The position numbers and the translations under genes were made by a program. The notes below the pieces were generated by a model. The model was given only the letters and a program-made list of their open reading frames with translations, ran no database searches and had not been told where the DNA came from. A stretch of 64,000 nt of DNA, from assembly GCA_965219095.1 (NCBI GenBank), contig CBDCMT010000001.1, positions 2,048,001 through 2,112,000 on the forward strand. Direction: 5' to 3'. The DNA comes from Bdellovibrionales bacterium. GTDB lineage: Bacteria; Bdellovibrionota; Bdellovibrionia; Bdellovibrionales; UBA1609. This document shows positions 51,278-62,134 of the stretch, one piece after another. Within the stretch, counting starts at the first letter, position 1, and each line of letters begins with the position of its first letter.

Positions 51278-54085
51278 ATGTCAGATGGTAAAAAAAATCT
51301 TTCGGAGAAAAAACCTCAATCCAAAAGACGCAATTTTTATATAGGTCTTTCAGGTCTAGTTGTTTTATTCTTTTTTGGCCTTTCCTATGTCTTTTGGTTT
51401 TTGAGTACTTTACCTTCTATTGAGAGCTTAAAAGAGTATAAACCTCCCACAGTCTCAATAGTCTATGATAGAATGGGAAAGAAAATAGGTGAATTTTTTT
51501 ATCAAAAAAGATTTGTGGTTAATAAGTTTCCCGATCTCCTTATTAAAGCTTTTGTTGCTGCTGAGGATTCTTCATTTTATTCCCACAAAGGCCTTAATTT
51601 CAAAGCTATTTTTAGAGCTTTGTTAGTGAACTTAAAAGCAGGTAGGAAAGTGCAGGGAGCTTCAACAATCACACAACAAGTGGCACGTTCTTTTCTTCTT
51701 ACAAAAGAAAAAACTTATACAAGAAAACTTAGAGAAATGCTTCTGTCTTATCGTATAGAAAAGGAGATGAAAAAAGACCACATTCTTTTCTTATATTTGA
51801 ATCAAATCTATTTTGGGAAAGGAGCTTATGGAGTAGGAGCTGCAGCAAAGGTATACTTTGATAAAACGTTAGATGATTTGAGCTTAGCTGAAATTGCTAT
51901 TTTAGCAGGACTTCCTCAAGCTCCCTCACGTTATTCACCTTTTAAATCACCTAGAAAAGCTAAGGTAAGGCAAAAGTATGTTCTCAAACGTATGTTTGAA
52001 GAGGGTTACATTACTGAAGAACAAAGAAGTGAAGCTCTTAATAAAATTGTATCTCTACATATAGAAAGAAAAGATATAAATAATTCAGGATTTTTCTTAG
52101 AAGCCGTAAGGCAGATTTTGAGTCAAGAAGTAGGTTCTAATTTTCTTTTAACAAAAGGTCTGCACATTACAACAAGTTTGGATTTAAAACATCAAAAGAT
52201 AGCTCGAAAAGAAGCTGTTGAAGGCCTAAGGGCTTTAGATAAGAGACAGGGTTATCGAAGGCCTCTTCAAAATTTAGATGATGAAAAAGAACTTCAAAGT
52301 TTTTTAAAACAACAAGCAGAAAACTTGTATTTAAAATCCCTTACAAAGAGAAAACTTCAAAGAGACGGCACCTTTGAGTTTCTTTTTAAATTTGAAGAAA
52401 AAGAACAATTAGCATCGTATTTTAATATAGGAGATGTAGTGAAAGGTGTTGTAAGCGAGGTGAATGATTCTAAAAAACTTGTCTATGTGAGGTTTGCAGA
52501 AAATAAGGGGCTTATCTCCATGGAAAATATGGAATGGGCAAGAGTCCCTAATTTTGATAAAAGCTATCGTTTTTCTAAAATTAAAAAACCTTCTGAAGCT
52601 TTAAAAAAAGGTGATGTAATTCAAGTTAAAATTTTAAGTCACAAGTTTAAAGAAAAAAAGAACTTAACTAATTTTATAGAGCTTGCTTTAGAGCAAGAAC
52701 CTGTAGCACAAATAGCACTTTTATCATTTGATCAAAGAACGCAAGACATAACAGCTATGGTAGGAGGGTATAAATTTGAAACTTCGAAATTCAATAGAGC
52801 TTATCAAGCTTTACGTCAAACAGGCTCATCCTTCAAACCCATTGTATATACCTCAGCCCTAGATAAGGGATTTAAAGGCAATAGCAAATTACAGGATATT
52901 CCCTTAGTTTATGAAGAAGAAGTGAAGACGTTGTCTGATCAAAAAAATGATTTAGATAAGAAAAAAAATCTAGTAAATCAAAATATAAAAAAATGGAAGC
53001 CTACGAATTATTATAAAGGCTTTTCAGGAGAAGTAACGTTGAGGAATGCTCTTGTACGGTCCTTAAATATACCTACAATTCGTATGATCTCTAAGCTTTC
53101 TTCTGATTGGGTAGCTCAGTATGCTTATCGCCTAGGGATTTTCAATCCTTTGAATAAAGATTATACTCTGGCCTTAGGAACAAGTGGTACAACATTGTAT
53201 GAGATGACAAAAGTCTTTTCTCATCTAGGTCGTTTAGGAAAAAAAACACGTCCTCTTATTGTAAGAGAGGTCAAAGATTCTGAAGGAAAAGTTTTATTAA
53301 AAAATATCTCTTTAGATAAACTTTTTGAATCTAAAATAAAACTTTTAGACAGTGTTTTTGAACTCAAAAGACATTTATCTTTACAATTTGAAACTGTAAA
53401 AAAGGATCAAATAAAACTTGAGAAATTTATAGAAGATCATAAAAAAGATTTTGAATCTTTTTCATTTTTAGATTATAAGTTTAACTTCTTTAAAACATTT
53501 CAAGGTAACAAGGAGCCTCCTTTTTATTTTCGGGATAAAGAACAGCTTCTAAAGCCTCAAACTGCTTATATTACTACCAATTTATTAGAGGGTGTGATAC
53601 GTGACCCCAAAGGCACAGGAAGAGGAGCACAGAGCTTTTCCCATCCTGCAGCGGGTAAAACAGGCACGTCAAGTAATTTTTTTGACGCCTGGTTTCTGGG
53701 TTATACAGCCCACTATATTGCAGGAGTGTGGCTGGGCTTTGATAAAGAAAGATCTTTGGGTCTGAGAGAAGGAGGAGGTAGGGCAGCTTTACCCGTATGG
53801 CTTTCTTATATGAAACAAGTGCATAAAACCCTCAAACCTGAACCTTTTGCTGTTCCTGATGGGATTATCTTTATGAACATAGACGGCGAGACTGGAGAGC
53901 TTTTCAGTCATCAATCAAAGCACATTGTCTCACAAGCCTTTTTAGAAACAGATGATCTTCCTTTAAAAATCAAAAGGAACTTTTTAAAGGAAGGAAAGGA
54001 AGAAGAAAAAGCTGTACAAATGATGGAAACTGAGCTAAAAGAGAGAGGTTCGAAAGAATTACATAAACTTGACTTATCTGAATAA
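51278..54085 (+). CDS. mrcA: Penicillin-binding protein 1A
   Basis: AAEDSSF, GASTITQQ, RKLRE, YLNQIYFG; RQTGSSFKP, SLN, GKTGT; OB-domain insertion. Confidence 0.93.
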   Translation: MSDGKKNLSEKKPQSKRRNFYIGLSGLVVLFFFGLSYVFWFLSTLPSIESLKEYKPPTVSIVYDRMGKKIGEFFYQKRFVVNKFPDLLIKAFVAAEDSSFYSHKGLNFKAIFRALLVNLKAGRKVQGASTITQQVARSFLLTKEKTYTRKLREMLLSYRIEKEMKKDHILFLYLNQIYFGKGAYGVGAAAKVYFDKTLDDLSLAEIAILAGLPQAPSRYSPFKSPRKAKVRQKYVLKRMFEEGYITEEQRSEALNKIVSLHIERKDINNSGFFLEAVRQILSQEVGSNFLLTKGLHITTSLDLKHQKIARKEAVEGLRALDKRQGYRRPLQNLDDEKELQSFLKQQAENLYLKSLTKRKLQRDGTFEFLFKFEEKEQLASYFNIGDVVKGVVSEVNDSKKLVYVRFAENKGLISMENMEWARVPNFDKSYRFSKIKKPSEALKKGDVIQVKILSHKFKEKKNLTNFIELALEQEPVAQIALLSFDQRTQDITAMVGGYKFETSKFNRAYQALRQTGSSFKPIVYTSALDKGFKGNSKLQDIPLVYEEEVKTLSDQKNDLDKKKNLVNQNIKKWKPTNYYKGFSGEVTLRNALVRSLNIPTIRMISKLSSDWVAQYAYRLGIFNPLNKDYTLALGTSGTTLYEMTKVFSHLGRLGKKTRPLIVREVKDSEGKVLLKNISLDKLFESKIKLLDSVFELKRHLSLQFETVKKDQIKLEKFIEDHKKDFESFSFLDYKFNFFKTFQGNKEPPFYFRDKEQLLKPQTAYITTNLLEGVIRDPKGTGRGAQSFSHPAAGKTGTSSNFFDAWFLGYTAHYIAGVWLGFDKERSLGLREGGGRAALPVWLSYMKQVHKTLKPEPFAVPDGIIFMNIDGETGELFSHQSKHIVSQAFLETDDLPLKIKRNFLKEGKEEEKAVQMMETELKERGSKELHKLDLSE

Positions 54086-54088
54086 AAA

Positions 54089-56926
54089 ATGAAAGAATTT
54101 ATTTATCTTAAAGGAGTCTGTCAGAACAATTTAAAATCTCTTGACGTTAAGATTCCTTTGAATTGTTTTACTGTGTTATGCGGGCCTAGTGGATCGGGAA
54201 AGAGTTCATTGGCTTTTGAAACTCTTTATGCCGAAGGACAGAGGCGCTATATTGAAAGTCTTTCCAACTATACTAAGCAGTTTCTTAATAAAGCTCCGAA
54301 ACCTTTGTTGGAAAGTGTTGAGAACATACCGCCTTCTTTAGCCTTGACTCAAAAAAACTCAGTCAAAAGCTCTCGCTCTACTATAGGAACTTATACTGAA
54401 ATATTAGATGATCTGAGAGCTTTCTATGAAAAATTAGCAAAACCCCTATGCCCTGAACACAAAAGAAATTTAGAGGCTTATGATCCTGTCAAAGGAGTTG
54501 AGGGAATTATAAACGTTTTTAAAAACAAAAGAGGGTATTTTTTAGCGGAAGTGGACTTAAAAACATGTGTTCTTAAAAAAGAAGAGCTTCTAAAGCATCT
54601 CATCAAAGAAGGATTTTTAAGAATTTATATCCCCTATGGCAAGTCAGAAAAAGTAAAGTTTGAGGAGAACTTTTCTCAATGTAGCTTAGGAGAAGTTGTT
54701 TTAATAGAGGACATAAAAAAGCTTCCTCAAAAAAAATTTTTTGTTGTTGTGGATAGAACTGTTTTTAAAGAAGATGAAAAAGTAAGACTTATTGATTCTC
54801 TAAGGCAAACCTATAAGCTTTTTCGTAGCCTTCACACACAAGTTTTCCAAGAAAGGGCTGTCATTCTTACTACAGAGGGTGAAAGGCTTCTTTTAAGTAC
54901 TAAGCCTTCTTGCTGTCTCTGTGGATTTCAGTTTCCTAAAATCACTTCACATCTTTTTAGTTTTAATCACCCACAAGGAGCTTGTCCTACCTGTGAAGGT
55001 TTTGGTTATATTTTGGATTTGTCTGAAAGGAAGGTAATTCCTGATCCCAAATTGACTCTTAATCAAGGTGCTATAAAGCCTTTCTCTATGCCAAGTGGTG
55101 TGATGTTTAAAAAAATGACAGAGAAAATCTGTTATTTAAATGGTATTGACTTGAATCAACCTTGGAACAAACTGCCACAAGAACACAGAAATATTGTATG
55201 GAAAGGTTGTATAGGGTTTAAAGGGGTCTGTGGTTACTTTAAAGATCTTGAAAGAAAAAAATATAAAATGTACATAAGAATTCTTCTTTCCCGTTTCAAA
55301 GACGAAGTGCTTTGTCCAAACTGCAAGGGAGTGCGTATTAATGAAAAAGCAAGGCAGGTTTTGTTTAGAAGAAAAAGTATTTCAGATATTTGCAGTTTGA
55401 ATTTAGAAGAACTTTTAATGTTTTTTAAAAATTTAAAATTATCTCAATTTGAAAAAGAATGTGTTCAATCTCTCTACGAACACATTCTTTTTAAACTTCA
55501 ATACCTAAATGATGTAGGGCTTTCTTACCTTACTTTAGACCGTAACACACGAACTCTATCAGGGGGTGAATTTCAACGTATCAATCTGTCTCGTCAACTA
55601 GGTTCAGGACTCTCAGAAACACTATACGTCTTAGATGAACCCACTGTAGGTTTACACCCTAAAGATACAGATCGATTGATTCAGATTTTAAAATCATTGC
55701 AGTCATCTGATAACACTCTTGTCATTGTAGAACATGATTCCGATGTCATTTCCAGTAGTCAGTTTGTTTTAGAAATGGGTCCTCGCTCAGGAGATCAAGG
55801 AGGAGAGCTTATGTTTTCAGGAAAATTTAAGGATTTCTTAAAAGATAAGGACTCACCTACAGCTAAGTACCTTAGCTCTGAAAACAAATTCAGATTGAGT
55901 TCGTTTCATATTCCTAGAAAAAAAGATAGTAAAAATTCTTTAATTTTAAAGGGATGCAAAGGTCATAATTTAAAAAATATTGATTTTAAAATACCTCTTG
56001 AAAGTTTCATTGTGGTCACAGGAGTGAGCGGTTCAGGAAAGAGTTCTCTTGTCACTCAAACTCTTTACCCTGCTCTTTTGAACGAAATTGAAAAAAAGTA
56101 TATCCATGGACTTGAATTTGAGAGTTTAATAGGAGCACAGCCTTTAAAGGATGTTGTTTTAATTGACCAAAATTCGATTACAAAAACTGAACGTAGTTGT
56201 CCTGCTAGTTACTTGGATTTTTATTCTCTTATAAGAAATATCATGGCCTACTCCCTTCAAGGACGCCTTCACGGAATGACTCCGAGGCATTTTAGCTTAA
56301 ATGTAAATCAGGGACGCTGTCCTTTCTGTCAAGGTTTAGGAGTTGAAATTATAGATATGGTTTTTATGGAAGATGTGGAACTACCCTGTGAAGCATGTGG
56401 AGGAAAAAAGTTTAAAGATGAAGTTTTAAATGTTCGCTATAAAAATAAAACCATACTTGATATTTTAAACATGAAAGTTTCTGAAGCAAAAACTTTTTTT
56501 AAAGAGGAACCTGCTATAGTAAGGGCTTGTGAAACCTTGGAACAAGTTGGTTTATCTTATATAAGTTTAGGACAAAGATCTTCAACGTTTTCTTCAGGTG
56601 AAGCACAAAGACTGAAGCTTGCTCAAAAACTCCATAAATCAGTAAGTCAAAACACAATGTTTGTAATTGATGAACCCACTAAGGGGCTTCACTTTCAGGA
56701 AGTGGGCTTGCTTTTGAAAGTTCTCCATAGCCTCGTGGAGGCAGGAGCAAGTGTTGTGGTGATAGAACATAATTTAGAAGTCATAGCTTCAGCTGATCAC
56801 ATTATAGACCTAGGTCCTGGCGGAGGCCCTAAAGGTGGTGCAATTGTAGGGCAAGGCCCGCCTTTTGAGTTTCGAGAAGAGATTCAAACTGAAACGGCCC
56901 GTTATTTAAGAAAGTATTTTTCATAA
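54089..56926 (+). CDS. uvrA: Excinuclease ABC subunit A (possibly a UvrA2-type paralog)
   Basis: Two ABC domains (GPSGSGKSSL, GVSGSGKSSL), EGQRRYIESLS, zinc fingers. Confidence 0.93.
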   Translation: MKEFIYLKGVCQNNLKSLDVKIPLNCFTVLCGPSGSGKSSLAFETLYAEGQRRYIESLSNYTKQFLNKAPKPLLESVENIPPSLALTQKNSVKSSRSTIGTYTEILDDLRAFYEKLAKPLCPEHKRNLEAYDPVKGVEGIINVFKNKRGYFLAEVDLKTCVLKKEELLKHLIKEGFLRIYIPYGKSEKVKFEENFSQCSLGEVVLIEDIKKLPQKKFFVVVDRTVFKEDEKVRLIDSLRQTYKLFRSLHTQVFQERAVILTTEGERLLLSTKPSCCLCGFQFPKITSHLFSFNHPQGACPTCEGFGYILDLSERKVIPDPKLTLNQGAIKPFSMPSGVMFKKMTEKICYLNGIDLNQPWNKLPQEHRNIVWKGCIGFKGVCGYFKDLERKKYKMYIRILLSRFKDEVLCPNCKGVRINEKARQVLFRRKSISDICSLNLEELLMFFKNLKLSQFEKECVQSLYEHILFKLQYLNDVGLSYLTLDRNTRTLSGGEFQRINLSRQLGSGLSETLYVLDEPTVGLHPKDTDRLIQILKSLQSSDNTLVIVEHDSDVISSSQFVLEMGPRSGDQGGELMFSGKFKDFLKDKDSPTAKYLSSENKFRLSSFHIPRKKDSKNSLILKGCKGHNLKNIDFKIPLESFIVVTGVSGSGKSSLVTQTLYPALLNEIEKKYIHGLEFESLIGAQPLKDVVLIDQNSITKTERSCPASYLDFYSLIRNIMAYSLQGRLHGMTPRHFSLNVNQGRCPFCQGLGVEIIDMVFMEDVELPCEACGGKKFKDEVLNVRYKNKTILDILNMKVSEAKTFFKEEPAIVRACETLEQVGLSYISLGQRSSTFSSGEAQRLKLAQKLHKSVSQNTMFVIDEPTKGLHFQEVGLLLKVLHSLVEAGASVVVIEHNLEVIASADHIIDLGPGGGPKGGAIVGQGPPFEFREEIQTETARYLRKYFS

Positions 56927-57036
56927 ACTAAAGTCTAGTTTGATTATTTTTTTGACAAAATCTCCTAAAGATTGTCTAAAAAATTGACGATGAAGTCATT
57001 AAAGAGGTTTTATAAAAATCTTTAAAGGAGCCTGTT

Positions 57037-58581
57037 GTGCAAACAAAAGAGTATGAGTATTTACATGTTATAAAAAAAATAAAACAAATTTTAGAACAGT
57101 GGTGGAGCCTTAAAGTTTTGTTTTTTAATGAAGACCATAGTTGTGAACTAGAATCTGAAAATAATGATTCTTTTTATCATATTTTCAAATCACATGACAT
57201 GATGTTGTCTCTTTCAAAACTTGTGAAATCATCTGTTGAAGAGTTACAGGCTTTAGAAGAACAGACGTATATGTTTCGTAAATGGGATGATTTAGGTTCA
57301 GATGTTCTCATAAAGCCTATTTTTTCTAATAGAGAGTATATGAGTTCTATTGTAGTTCTGTCATTTTTTAAGGAGGATGTGGATATTGACAAACGTACAT
57401 CAGAACTTAAAGGCAGGTTGTTAGGTTTGGGACTTTCACAGGACCTTATCAAAGAACATATTACAAAAGTAAAACCCATTAGCGAATCTGATAGAAGACA
57501 TCTTGTAGAGCTAGTTAAAGTTATGGGTGATGAAATTATTACTATCTATAAAGAGCTTTCTAATAGAGAGCAACGCATTTTAGAAATCAACAACGCTTAT
57601 TCAAATAAATACAGCTATAATGGAATGATAGGACGTTCAAAGTCTATGAGAGAATTGTATAGCTTGCTGGATAAAATCAAAAGTACAAATAGCACAATCA
57701 TCATTCAAGGAGAGAACGGAACAGGTAAGGAGTTAATTGCTAAATCCATACATAGAAATTCTTCTCAATCAGAAAAAACTTTTATAACGCAAAACTGCTC
57801 AGCTTTTAACGATAACCTTTTAGAGAGCGAACTTTTTGGTCATAAAAAAGGTTCTTTTACAGGAGCAATTTCAGATAAAAAAGGACTTTTCGAAGTAGCT
57901 GATAAGGGTACTTTTTTTCTTGACGAGATTGGGGATACATCCCCTTCTATGCAGGTTAAGCTTTTAAGGGTTCTGCAAGAGGGAACTTTTATTCCTCTAG
58001 GTAGTACCGAAATGAAGAAAGTCGATGTGAGAATTATAGCAGCTACAAATAAAGATTTAAAAAAAATGGTAGAGGAAAAACTTTTTAGAGAGGATCTTTA
58101 TTATCGTCTCAATGTTATCAATGTGCAAGTTCCCCCCTTAAGAGAACGCAAAGAAGATATAGCTCTTCTTGTTGATTATTTTCTGATTTCGTCATGTAAA
58201 AGAAAAGATGTAGACCCTAAGACTATCGATAATTCTGTTATTAAAAGGCTTTACGACTATTACTGGCCAGGCAATGTACGTGAATTAGAGAATGAAATTG
58301 AAAGACTTGTTGTTTTAAGTGCTGATAACAAAAAAATTTCAGAAGAATATTTATCAGAAAAAATTAAAGAGAATCGAAAAGGGGATTTGAGCCCTATTTT
58401 TTCCAAAGGAAAACTCAAAGAAGCTATCGAATCTGTTGAGAAAGAAATCATACAAGAAGGTCTTCGTAGAACCGGGTGGAATAAGTCCCAACTTGCAAAA
58501 GAACTAGGTATTAGCAGAGCAAGCCTTATTATGAAAGTAGACAGATACGCCCTTGACAAAAGAAAGATCAGCAACAGATAA
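57037..58581 (+). CDS. Sigma-54-dependent enhancer-binding protein with N-terminal sensory domain (PocR-like) and Fis HTH
   Basis: GENGTGKE, ESELFGHKKGSFTGA, FLDEIG, FREDLYYRL, WPGNVREL, WNKSQLAKELGISR. Confidence 0.93.
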   Translation: MQTKEYEYLHVIKKIKQILEQWWSLKVLFFNEDHSCELESENNDSFYHIFKSHDMMLSLSKLVKSSVEELQALEEQTYMFRKWDDLGSDVLIKPIFSNREYMSSIVVLSFFKEDVDIDKRTSELKGRLLGLGLSQDLIKEHITKVKPISESDRRHLVELVKVMGDEIITIYKELSNREQRILEINNAYSNKYSYNGMIGRSKSMRELYSLLDKIKSTNSTIIIQGENGTGKELIAKSIHRNSSQSEKTFITQNCSAFNDNLLESELFGHKKGSFTGAISDKKGLFEVADKGTFFLDEIGDTSPSMQVKLLRVLQEGTFIPLGSTEMKKVDVRIIAATNKDLKKMVEEKLFREDLYYRLNVINVQVPPLRERKEDIALLVDYFLISSCKRKDVDPKTIDNSVIKRLYDYYWPGNVRELENEIERLVVLSADNKKISEEYLSEKIKENRKGDLSPIFSKGKLKEAIESVEKEIIQEGLRRTGWNKSQLAKELGISRASLIMKVDRYALDKRKISNR

Positions 58582-58792
58582 AGTTTTTTTATTTTTTCTT
58601 CCTATCTCCTACTCCACCCTTTCCCCTATAGAAATTTCATGATTGTATAATAATTAGACGCTCTCCTCTAGTTTCTCTATCAGAGGCTATTAAATTTTTT
58701 GTAATAATTACTAGAGGAAGTATGAAAATAATCCAAGAAACCACTTTTTATATTTATTTTTCATAAAAAATTGGTTACATTAAATATTAAGG

Positions 58793-58841
58793 GATAAAAA
58801 TATTACATCCTTATTAAGGGTAAGGGTGTAATATTTTTATC
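58793..58841. repeat. 21-bp-arm inverted repeat upstream of the 58880 gene
   Basis: gataaaaatattacatcctta / taagggtgtaatatttttatc, one G-U pair. Confidence 0.85.
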
Positions 58842-58879
58842 AACTAAATATTTATGAATTATTTATAAAGGAAGTAAGA

Positions 58880-59848
58880 ATGGACCTTGATACAAAAAAT
58901 ATAATTTATGTTGATTTTAACAACAAAAAATTTGATTTATCTGAGAAAACTCTCAAAAGATTTTTGAAATTTATTGAAAATAGATTTTCAGTGGAGACCT
59001 ATTACACAAACTTCAAGAGAACAGGTTTACCTCATCATTCCTTTAAACACACACACAAGGAAACTCTAAAAAAACTTCTTAAGAAAAACAATCCTCTTTT
59101 TTTATTAGATGAAATCTGTTTTCCCTTCCATGAAAAAGGAGAAGTCATAGGTTGTGTTAGAGTTTTAAGAATCAATCATCTTTCAAGTAAAAAAAGATCG
59201 GAGTTAGTAGATTTTTTAGGGTGGCTATGTGAAGAACATAGCAATACTTCAGAAAAACTTAAGACTTTACAAAGTCTAGAAAGAAAATTCTTCACTGATC
59301 ATTTAGACTTTTCAAATGAAAAAACTTTATTTCTAAAGCATAGGAAAAACCACAAAAAAGACAGCTACAAAGAAAAAATTGATTTTTTTAAGAACAAAAA
59401 AGAAGCTATTTTTAATTTCTCAGTATTGATACAAAGCCATTCCTCTCAAGAAGATATTTATAAAATGGCCTTGGAAATTCATTATTTTTCAGATAGGCGC
59501 TCTTTTTGTAATATTGATCAAATTTTTGGAAAGGATAGGTTTATTGATCAAGAAACTTTATTTTGTTTAGGACCTATGACCTTATTTATTCCAGAAATTA
59601 CGGATTTCCCTGTTGCATCTCAAAAGGAAATTGCTCATTTTTTAGATAAAAAGGCTATAAATCATCATTCTTCTGGTCCTGAAATCATCTTTGGAGCTTC
59701 CTATGAGTTTCAGGATCATTGGCATATTCTTTACCCTGCCATGTTGAAGCATTTAAAGATCATTCAAATGACAGATGACTTTCAATCCTACAAAACACAT
59801 GGCTTGTTTAAATTCCTTTCAAAAGTTCTAGATAGTGCAGCCAACTAA
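58880..59848 (+). CDS. Hypothetical protein with a possibly degenerate sigma-54 activator-like AAA region
   Basis: SVLIQS..., MALEIHYFS.R.SF, TLFIPEITDFPVASQ echo bEBP motifs but Walker A and GAFTGA are absent. Confidence 0.6.
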   Translation: MDLDTKNIIYVDFNNKKFDLSEKTLKRFLKFIENRFSVETYYTNFKRTGLPHHSFKHTHKETLKKLLKKNNPLFLLDEICFPFHEKGEVIGCVRVLRINHLSSKKRSELVDFLGWLCEEHSNTSEKLKTLQSLERKFFTDHLDFSNEKTLFLKHRKNHKKDSYKEKIDFFKNKKEAIFNFSVLIQSHSSQEDIYKMALEIHYFSDRRSFCNIDQIFGKDRFIDQETLFCLGPMTLFIPEITDFPVASQKEIAHFLDKKAINHHSSGPEIIFGASYEFQDHWHILYPAMLKHLKIIQMTDDFQSYKTHGLFKFLSKVLDSAAN

Positions 59849-59881
59849 AGTCACTTTTAGTTTAGTAAGTGAGCCTTAATA

Positions 59882-60109
59882 ACCCGAGTTTTGATTTTTA
59901 TATGCTTCTCAGAAGCCTTTGTTCTTGAGTTTTAAGTTGAATGGAGGGTTTTTTAGGTTTTAAGCAAGTAAGAGATAAGGGTACCTAAAAGATTGACGAC
60001 AAAATTTTGTGGGCTACGATGACGAGAATACTCAAGATGAAACTCTCCGTTCAATTTAAAACTCAAGAACAAAGGCTTCTGAAAAATATATAAAAGTCAA
60101 AACTCGGGT
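59882..60109. mobile_element. 228-bp foldback MITE with about 68-bp inverted arms
   Basis: acccgagttttga... / ...tcaaaactcgggt; TSD TAATA. Confidence 0.85.
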
Positions 60110-60111
60110 TA

Positions 60112-60546
60112 ATACTAACATTTTTACTTTTTATATCTTTCGGGGGATTTTCTTATGGAAACTTTATAAAGACAGAAAGTCAAAGCTTACTTTTACAAAC
60201 CTCATGGGAAAACCATGATTTTATGGAAGCTTCGCCATTAGCAGTATCATCAGCTAACGGAATCTTAAAAGTCAATGGAATTCCAGGAGAAGGATAATAT
60301 TCTGAATACTCTATTTACGCTTGCAAAGGAAGTCTCAAATTTCTTAAAAAATATAGTTGCCATCACTTAAAAGACGAAAAATTAAATAAAGAGGTTTTTC
60401 TTAAAGAAGGGGTTTATTTGTTAATTTATAGTAACACAGATCAATTTGTTGAGGTGACAGAAAATGCTCTAACCAAGTCAATCTCGATCAAATTAAAATT
60501 AATCTCCAAGGTGAAAAATACACTCTTTACCGGGATCTTACTATAG
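60112..60546 (+). pseudogene. Decayed, possibly secreted protein gene
   Basis: Frame ILTFLLFISFGGFSYGNFIKTE... open for about 140 codons with one internal TAA; no start codon. Confidence 0.4.
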
Positions 60547-60577
60547 GGAAATGCAAAATTTGGTAATAAGAAATATA

Positions 60578-61714
60578 TAGTGCTTCCGTTTAGGTTTTCA
60601 GGTTTCTAAGATGGAGAAGTTATCAGTTATCAAAGTTTCTAATTTAGGCCTGTGTTTTCGTATTCCTCTAAAAAATTGACTTAAACTTCCCTTGAAATCG
60701 TCATAGTTTTCATAATATCGATTCGCCGTGACCTCTTTTTTCATAAACTTCCAAAGCCTTTCTATAGGATTTAAATTCGGTGAGTACGGAGGAAGATAAA
60801 CAAGTTTTATATTCAACTCTTTCGCTAACTTCTTGACAGACTTCGATCTATTGTATCCGGCCCCATCTAAGATAAGATGAATCTCTTTTTCATCGGGATG
60901 CTTCTTAATGAATATGATAGAGCATATCACATAGAAAAACTTCATTAACTGTCTTATAACTCCTGACTACCGTCTTCAAACTATTGATCTCAATAGCTCC
61001 ACAAACATTCACTCTTTTTCTCCAGCCTGAATTGGTCTTCACTTCAAACTTCTTACCCTCTCTTATCCAACCATATGAAATCGTAGGGCCCCACTCAGGA
61101 TGTGTGGAATCAGCAAAGTAAACAGGACCGTCTTTCTTCTTAATTCTCTTGTATTTACGCACAAACTTTTTCTGCTCTCCTCTCTTTGCCTTACCCGGTA
61201 TCGCTGTGGCTTTTTTATAAGAAAAACCAAGGCGATGGAGAAGATCAATCGCACCACTTGTTGAGTACGTAACACCAAAATTCTCCTCAATGAACTGAAT
61301 AACAGACTGTGATGACGGAAAAATTCTTTTTTCTAACTCCTTTAAAAGCATTTTCTCCTCTTTCTTAGTTAAAAAGGACCTTTTAGGGTTGTAATTGTCG
61401 TTGATTAAGCACTCTATCCCTCCTTTGTTATAACGATCTCTACAGGCTCTTATCGTGCCCTCATCAATGAAAAGAAAGCAGGCAATATCTTTACACAACT
61501 TACCTTTATCTAAATGGAGGATTGTCATAATCCTTTTTACGTATTTAAGATTTTTCTCTAGAGATAGTTCATAGAGTAAATCTTTTCGCTCTTTTTTTGA
61601 TAGAAACCCTGACATATGAAACTATTTTTAAAAATAAATGACTTTTTATCAAGGCCTTAGAATAAAAACTAGACTTTAACTCAAAAAAAACGGGAAATTT
61701 AAACGGAAGCACTA
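60578..61714 (-). mobile_element. IS630 lineage 1 copy (ORFs 61615-60905 and 60945-60598)
   Basis: TIR TAGTGCTTCCGTTTA, TA target; near-identical to 25382-26518. Confidence 0.95.
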
Positions 61715-61836
61715 TATATAAAATATTTATAGAAGAATTTTTCAGTGTAAAACTTATACACATATCTATCACAAATCACTTCAAACACGCCATCTCGAAA
61801 AAAATATAATTTTTATTTAGCTCATAGTGTTAAACC

Positions 61837-61865
61837 TTGATTTATAAATATAAAATATTTATACT
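61837..61865 (+). promoter_or_regulatory. Putative sigma-70 promoter
   Basis: TTGATT-N17-TATACT, but in AT-rich DNA. Confidence 0.4.
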
Positions 61866-62086
61866 TATGTTGAATGTAGTGCTTGAAACGCAAAGGTTAT
61901 AAGGCAATTGAAGCGAGATTTTAAGTGAGTTGAATAGAGTAGTTTGTGCTATCAAATTATAAAGGAAAGGAGGTTAGAGTAATGTCAAAGTCAGTTTAAA
62001 AATCTTCTTTGCTCTAACTTTCTTCAAAATCCATGGCCTTTACTTCAACTAAGGTGTGTTGTCTTTAGGTTGAGTAACGCTATGGT

Positions 62087-62134
62087 AAAAGGCTAAAAGA
62101 AAGATTTTATAAGGTCTCTTTTAGCCTTTTTTTT
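62087..62134 (+). terminator. Intrinsic terminator (possibly bidirectional)
   Basis: aaaaggctaaaaga...tcttttagcc followed by T8. Confidence 0.75.

Noticed and set aside
61872..62134. tracrRNA, omega-RNA or bridge RNA identity for the structured region
   Set aside because: No Cas9, TnpB, IscB or IS110 recombinase gene and no CRISPR repeat in the window
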